A stretch of 64,000 bases of DNA, taken from assembly GCA_965199755.1 (NCBI GenBank), contig CBDASZ010000001.1, positions 737,509 through 801,508 of the forward strand, read 5' to 3'. This stretch comes from an uncultured candidatus Porisulfidus sp. (GTDB lineage Bacteria; Pseudomonadota; Gammaproteobacteria; Poriferisulfidales; Poriferisulfidaceae). Both the position numbers and the translations under genes were made by a program. Shown one piece after another: positions 59,490 through 64,000 of the stretch (its first letter is position 1; each line of letters opens with the position of its first letter). Under the pieces are notes generated by a model, which was given only the letters and a program-made list of their open reading frames with translations, searched no databases and was not told the DNA's origin.

Positions 59490-60019
59490 TGTTTCCGCTC
59501 CGTTGGATACTTCCGCTGCTGGCCTTCCTGATGATGGTGGCGCTACTGGCATTTGGCCTGCGCGGCGATCCGACCATGGTCAGTTCTCCGCTGGTCGGTC
59601 GAACTGTGCCGGCCTTCACTGCGCCGATACTGGAGCCGTGGGAACCGGGCGTGCAATTTGAATCGACCACGCTACGCGGTGAGTGGAGCATGCTGAACGT
59701 CTGGGCGAGTTGGTGTGTCACCTGTCTGGAGGAACATGATCTGCTCATGCGCCTGTCAGCGCAGATCGCCATTTATGGCATCAATCACAAGGATACGCAC
59801 GTTGACGCATTGCAGTGGCTGCGCGAGCGCGGCAACCCTTATCGGCACAACATCGTTGACGCGGACGGTCATGTTGGCATTGAACTTGGCGTCTACAAAG
59901 TGCCGGAGACATTTCTGATGGATCCGAAAGGAGTGATTCGCTACAAGCACATCGGTGCTCTGACTGAACAGGCATGGCGACAGGAAATGCTGCCGCGAAT
60001 TCGTGGAGAGCGCTCGTGA
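59489..60019 (+). CDS. ccmG: Thiol:disulfide interchange protein CcmG/DsbE.
   Basis: It overlaps the ccmF stop. A TM anchor is followed by the thioredoxin motif 'WASWCVTC'. The ORF-track N-extension is rejected. Confidence 0.9.
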   Translation: MFPLRWILPLLAFLMMVALLAFGLRGDPTMVSSPLVGRTVPAFTAPILEPWEPGVQFESTTLRGEWSMLNVWASWCVTCLEEHDLLMRLSAQIAIYGINHKDTHVDALQWLRERGNPYRHNIVDADGHVGIELGVYKVPETFLMDPKGVIRYKHIGALTEQAWRQEMLPRIRGERS

Positions 60020-60462
60020 GTATCTTGCGCTTTGGCCTGATGGCGATCCTTGTGTTGGGTGCGGCGCAAGCGGAGGTGCTTTCTCCTGATGAAGTGCGCA
60101 TCCAGAAACTGCTGTACGAATTGCGCTGTCTGGTCTGCCAGAACCAGTCGCTGGCGGACTCGAATGCGGAGTTGGCCGGTGACTTGCGTCAGCGTGTACG
60201 CGAGCTGGTGGAAAGCGGCAAGAATGATGCCGAAGTGATCGCGCATCTGCGTGACCGCTATGGTGACTTCATCCTGTACAGGCCGCCCCTGGAAGCCCAC
60301 ACGGTGGTGCTATGGGTCGGGCCATTCGCGGCACTGGCATTGTTTGCGCTGGTGCTGATCCGGCGGATTCGAAGACATCACAAGGACAGTGTGGTGCCGT
60401 TATCGGAATGGGATCGCCGCCGCGTCAATACCATCCTGAAGCGCCGGGAGGATGAAGACTGA
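60016..60462 (+). CDS. ccmH: Cytochrome c-type biogenesis protein CcmH.
   Basis: The GTG start overlaps the ccmG stop (GTGA). It has the 'LRCLVCQNQSLADS' CxxC motif and a C-terminal TM helix. Confidence 0.85.
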   Translation: MSILRFGLMAILVLGAAQAEVLSPDEVRIQKLLYELRCLVCQNQSLADSNAELAGDLRQRVRELVESGKNDAEVIAHLRDRYGDFILYRPPLEAHTVVLWVGPFAALALFALVLIRRIRRHHKDSVVPLSEWDRRRVNTILKRREDED

Positions 60463-61655
60463 TGTGGGGCTTTGCAATCGGCATTCTGGTACTGCTGGCA
60501 CTGGCGGTTGTGTTTGCTTTGTGGCCATGGTTGACCAAACCTTCAGCACAATCGGAATCGATGAACGAAGTGCTCGCGCACGCCTATCGACTGCGCCGAG
60601 ACGAATTGCAGGAAGACGTGGAAATCGGCTGGCTGTCGCCGGAGCTATTCAGTGAGGCCGAATCGGAACTGGATCGTGGGCTGCTGAAAGACACTCAGGA
60701 CATCGGAGATTTTGACGTGTCCGCCGACACCCCTCGGCGCATTGCGCCGGTGTTAGGCACTGTCGTGGTGCTGGCGGGCTTGAGCTTATATTTGGGCTCC
60801 AGCGAACTCGTGCGCTTCGCACTGCCGTGGGGGCAGACGGATCAGGAGGAAAGCGCCGAGCAGTTGCAACAGCGTCTGGAAGAACAGTTGGCTGTGCAGC
60901 CGGAAGACGCGCAGGGCTGGGCGCATTTGGCGGAACTGCATCGGGTGCATGACCGCATTGATGAAGCGATCGCCGCCTGGGTTCGGGCCAACGCGCTGCT
61001 GGAATATTCCGACCCTTCCGCACTGGTGGCATTGGCCGATGTGCTAGTCGTTGCCAACAACGATCAGTTCACAGATGAAGCGATTGATTATTTGCTGCAG
61101 GCCCTGAGGATTGACCCGCAGCATCAAAAGGCGTTGTGGCTGGCTGGCTGGGCGGCGCGTCAGCGCGACCAGACCGAAGCAGCGGTGCAGTATTGGGAGC
61201 GACTGCTTGAGGCGCTGCCACAAGAGGAAGAGGGTGTGCGCAGCCTGATTGAGGGCTGGCTTGCCGAAGTGCGCGGAGAAGTCCGAGCGATGCCATCGCG
61301 AAGCGAATTGCAGCTGCGTGTGGGCGTGACTTTGGCGGCAGAATTGGAGGCAGATCTTTCGCCGGGTGCGACCCTGTTTGTGTATGCCCGACAGGCCAAT
61401 GGCGCACCTATGCCGCTTGCGATCTGGCGCGGCATCGCGCAGGACTTGCCTGTGGAAGTCGTGTTGGATGATTCCATGGGGATGGCGCCAGGCATGCCGA
61501 AGTTGTCACAAGCCGAACAGGTCGTGGTGCTGGCGCGACTTAGTGAAAGTGGCGAAGCGCTTCGGCGCAGCGGCGACTTGTTGGGTGAATCAAAGCCGCT
61601 GGTGCTTGCCGAGACAGACGCCATCGACATTGTAATTGACACGCGCGTTCCATGA
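60462..61655 (+). CDS. ccmI: Cytochrome c-type biogenesis protein CcmI (TPR-containing).
   Basis: An N-terminal TM helix is followed by TPR repeats. It overlaps the ccmH stop (TGATG). Confidence 0.8.
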   Translation: MWGFAIGILVLLALAVVFALWPWLTKPSAQSESMNEVLAHAYRLRRDELQEDVEIGWLSPELFSEAESELDRGLLKDTQDIGDFDVSADTPRRIAPVLGTVVVLAGLSLYLGSSELVRFALPWGQTDQEESAEQLQQRLEEQLAVQPEDAQGWAHLAELHRVHDRIDEAIAAWVRANALLEYSDPSALVALADVLVVANNDQFTDEAIDYLLQALRIDPQHQKALWLAGWAARQRDQTEAAVQYWERLLEALPQEEEGVRSLIEGWLAEVRGEVRAMPSRSELQLRVGVTLAAELEADLSPGATLFVYARQANGAPMPLAIWRGIAQDLPVEVVLDDSMGMAPGMPKLSQAEQVVVLARLSESGEALRRSGDLLGESKPLVLAETDAIDIVIDTRVP

Positions 61656-62899
61656 GTGGGTCAGTTCCCGTCTGGATTGCACTGCGCTACCTGCGCGCAC
61701 AGCATCGCCATCGCTTCATTTCATTTATTTCGGTGGTGTCGACGGCCGGCATTGCGCTGGGCCTGACCGCGGTTATCACCGTGATGTCGGTGATGAACGG
61801 GTTCCATACGGAGATCCGCGACCGCATCCTCAGCATGGTCTCACATATCAATGTCACCGAGTTGAGTGTGAAACTACACGATTGGCCGAGCATGGCGGAA
61901 CGCATCGAAGCATACGAAGAAGTCGTAGCCAGTGCGCCATTCATTGAAGCACAAGGCATGCTGATGTACCGCAATCGCGTCAGCGGCATCGGACTGCGAG
62001 GTATTGAGCCTGCGCAGGAGATTCGGGCTTCGCAAGTCGGCGGGCATATGCTGGAAGGAGAATTGACGCAACTGGAGCCGAGGGCTTGGCGTATCGTGCT
62101 GGGGCAGGAACTGGCGCAGCACCTGGGCGTGCGTGTCGGAGATCGCGTCACGCTGGTGGTGCCCAAAGCCACCAGTACCATCGCTGGCATGGTGCCGAAG
62201 ACGCGCCGCTTTCAGGTGGCCGGCATTTTTCGCCTGGACATGCACCGCTTCGATCGCAATCTGGCCTTGATTCACCTGCAGGATGCCGCGCGCATTATGG
62301 GGGTGGGGGAGGCGGTGACCGGTCTGAAAGTGCGCACTCAGGATCTGTTCCTGGCACCGTGGCTGGCGGATCGCATGCGTGAGGACCTGGGATCGAGCTA
62401 TTGGGTTCGGGACTGGAGTCAGATTCACCAAAGCTTCTTTCAGGCCGTGCAGATGGAGAAGACCATGCTGTTTCTGCTGCTGATGCTGATTGTGCTGGTC
62501 GCGGCATTCAACATTGTGTCGGCACTACTGATGACGGTGTTGGAGAAACGCGCAGATATTGCGGTTCTGCGCACATTGGGGATGACGCGCACAGGAATTC
62601 TGCGCGTGTTTGTACTGCAAGGCTCGCTGATCGGGATGTTTGGCGCAGTGCTTGGGATTGCCGGTGGCGTCGCGCTGTCCCTGAACCTGCAACTGGTCGT
62701 TGGATTCATCGAAACCTTGTTCCAATTCAAGATCTTCTCGCCAGAAGTGTATTACATTAGTGAGATTCCTTCATTGCTGTTATGGGGCGATGTGGCGATC
62801 GCGGCTGTCGCATCACTGGTTTTGGCGGTGCTGGCGGCGATTTATCCCGCGCGCAAGGCGCTTGACGTAATGCCAGCGGAGGTGCTGAGATATGAGTGA
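61652..62899 (+). CDS. lolC: Lipoprotein-releasing system permease (LolC/LolE family).
   Basis: 415 aa with an FtsX-like fold: 4 TM helices and a large periplasmic loop. Confidence 0.88.
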   Translation: MSGSVPVWIALRYLRAQHRHRFISFISVVSTAGIALGLTAVITVMSVMNGFHTEIRDRILSMVSHINVTELSVKLHDWPSMAERIEAYEEVVASAPFIEAQGMLMYRNRVSGIGLRGIEPAQEIRASQVGGHMLEGELTQLEPRAWRIVLGQELAQHLGVRVGDRVTLVVPKATSTIAGMVPKTRRFQVAGIFRLDMHRFDRNLALIHLQDAARIMGVGEAVTGLKVRTQDLFLAPWLADRMREDLGSSYWVRDWSQIHQSFFQAVQMEKTMLFLLLMLIVLVAAFNIVSALLMTVLEKRADIAVLRTLGMTRTGILRVFVLQGSLIGMFGAVLGIAGGVALSLNLQLVVGFIETLFQFKIFSPEVYYISEIPSLLLWGDVAIAAVASLVLAVLAAIYPARKALDVMPAEVLRYE

Positions 62900-63575
62900 T
62901 CCGGTGATCCGCTGTCGCCAGTTGCATCGCAGTTTTGGCGATGGCACAGGGGCTGTGCATGTGCTGCGTGAGCTGGATATGGATATTCAGAGCGGCGAAA
63001 GCGTCGCCATTGTTGGCGCTTCCGGCTCTGGCAAGAGCACATTGCTGCATTTGTTGGCCGGTCTGGATCAGCCGGATGCGGGAAAAATTGAATTTCTGGG
63101 TCAGGAAATTGGAGCACTGGACGATAAGGCTCTGGCGCGTCTGCGCAATGAGCATCTGGGCTTTGTCTATCAGATGCACCATTTGCTGCCGGAGTTTAGT
63201 GCGCTTGAAAATGTGGCGCTGCCAAAAATGCTCTCTGGGGTGACGCATTCAGAAGCCCGGCAGGCGGCGATGACTTTGTTGGAACGTGTCGATCTCGCTC
63301 CACGCGCCGAACATCGTCCGGGAGAGTTATCGGGAGGAGAGCGTCAGCGCGTCGCGGTGTGCCGCGCCTTGGTCATGGAGCCGGAGGTGATTTTGGCCGA
63401 TGAGCCAACCGGGAATCTGGACCCGCAAACGGCGCAAGGCGTGTTTCGTCTGCTGCGGGAGATGAACGAAGAGCGCGGCGGCGCTCTGGTGCTGGTGACA
63501 CATGACCGCACACTGGCTTCAGCCATGGCGGTGCGCTATCAATTGATTGACGGGAAAGCCGAGCGCGGAGACTGA
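62892..63575 (+). CDS. lolD: Lipoprotein-releasing system ATP-binding protein LolD.
   Basis: Walker A 'GASGSGKSTLLH', signature 'LSGGERQRVAVCRAL' and the LolD motif region. It overlaps lolC by 8 nt. Confidence 0.92.
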   Translation: MSDPVIRCRQLHRSFGDGTGAVHVLRELDMDIQSGESVAIVGASGSGKSTLLHLLAGLDQPDAGKIEFLGQEIGALDDKALARLRNEHLGFVYQMHHLLPEFSALENVALPKMLSGVTHSEARQAAMTLLERVDLAPRAEHRPGELSGGERQRVAVCRALVMEPEVILADEPTGNLDPQTAQGVFRLLREMNEERGGALVLVTHDRTLASAMAVRYQLIDGKAERGD

Positions 63576-63600
63576 GCGCTTTCTGCGCAATCCTCAAACC

Positions 63601-64000
63601 TCAAACCTGCAGGCAGGCGCGCACTCGCTCGCGTAGAACCGGCAGCACTTCGTTCTCAAACCACGGGTTGCGGCGCAGCCAGCCGTTATTGCGCCAGGAA
63701 GGATGCGGCAGCGGCAACAGCCCGCGTTCTGCATGCTCTTGCCAGGCGGTGACATTTTCAGTCAGGGAGCGCCGACTCCTGGTCTCCAGATGCCAGCGTT
63801 GCGCATGTAGTCCTATGAGCAGAAACAATTTCAGCTGCGGCATGGCCTCGAAGATCCGTGCGCGCCACTGTGTGGCACAAATAGCCGGTGGCGGCAAATC
63901 ACCGCCGCGCGCATCCTGACCCGGAAAGCAGAATGCCATCGGCACGGTTGCGATATGCCGCGCATCATAGAACTGTGTGAGGGTCACGCCCATCCAGTCG
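63601..64000 (-). CDS. Uracil-DNA glycosylase superfamily-like protein, 5'-truncated by the window end.
   Basis: 'FCFPGQD' and 'LPLPHPSWRNNGW' resemble the two UDG-superfamily motifs (G-x-x-PG and HPS). The ORF continues past position 64000. Confidence 0.4.
   Translation of the reverse strand, partial: DWMGVTLTQFYDARHIATVPMAFCFPGQDARGGDLPPPAICATQWRARIFEAMPQLKLFLLIGLHAQRWHLETRSRRSLTENVTAWQEHAERGLLPLPHPSWRNNGWLRRNPWFENEVLPVLRERVRACLQV

Overview
This is a 64-kb, gene-dense chromosomal window of roughly 60% GC. It looks like a gammaproteobacterium with a sulfur-oxidising lifestyle: FccAB flavocytochrome c sulfide dehydrogenase, a SoxY-like carrier, a YeeE/YedE transporter, TusA, rhodanese, a NapC/NirT tetraheme and cytochrome c5 are all present. 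Most of the window is conserved housekeeping. In order: pabB; a YeeE-family transporter; tRNA-Lys; a cytoplasmic molybdopterin oxidoreductase with an FNR-like [Fe-S] partner; suhB; a GldA/GldF/GldG-like ABC system plus a DUF4340 protein; trxB; ftsK-lolA-rarA; nagZ; an MscS-family channel; mfd; fccAB; a tRNA-Gly/Cys/Leu operon; the complete iscRSUA-hscBA-fdx-iscX operon; adk; cytochrome c5; ubiK; a ykgJ-like/phosphoesterase/cfa operon; a soxY-like gene; a BepA-like M48 protease; tusA; ilvIHC; pssA; rraA; a Zur-controlled znuA / zur-znuCB locus carrying an extra His-rich outer-membrane protein; tRNA-Ser; icd; aceA; a NapC/NirT cytochrome; ccmABCDEFGHI; lolCD(E). The most notable feature is a roughly 215-nt group I (IC3-type) self-splicing intron in the anticodon loop of tRNA-Leu(UAA), sitting in a glyW-cysT-leuZ-like tRNA operon. 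That operon also carries a 640-bp low-GC insertion encoding two tiny opposite-strand ORFs with Shine-Dalgarno (SD) sites. Other points worth a look are the Zn-regulon outer-membrane barrel with a long His/Asp/Glu-rich loop, an orphan SoxY-like gene with no soxZ, a low-GC islet (8.7-9.1 kb) next to an orphan MotA/ExbB-like membrane protein, and a soluble Mo-bisPGD (molybdopterin guanine dinucleotide) enzyme/FNR-ferredoxin pair of unknown substrate beside a YeeE transporter. Protein identities come from motif and family recognition by eye only; no database searches were run.
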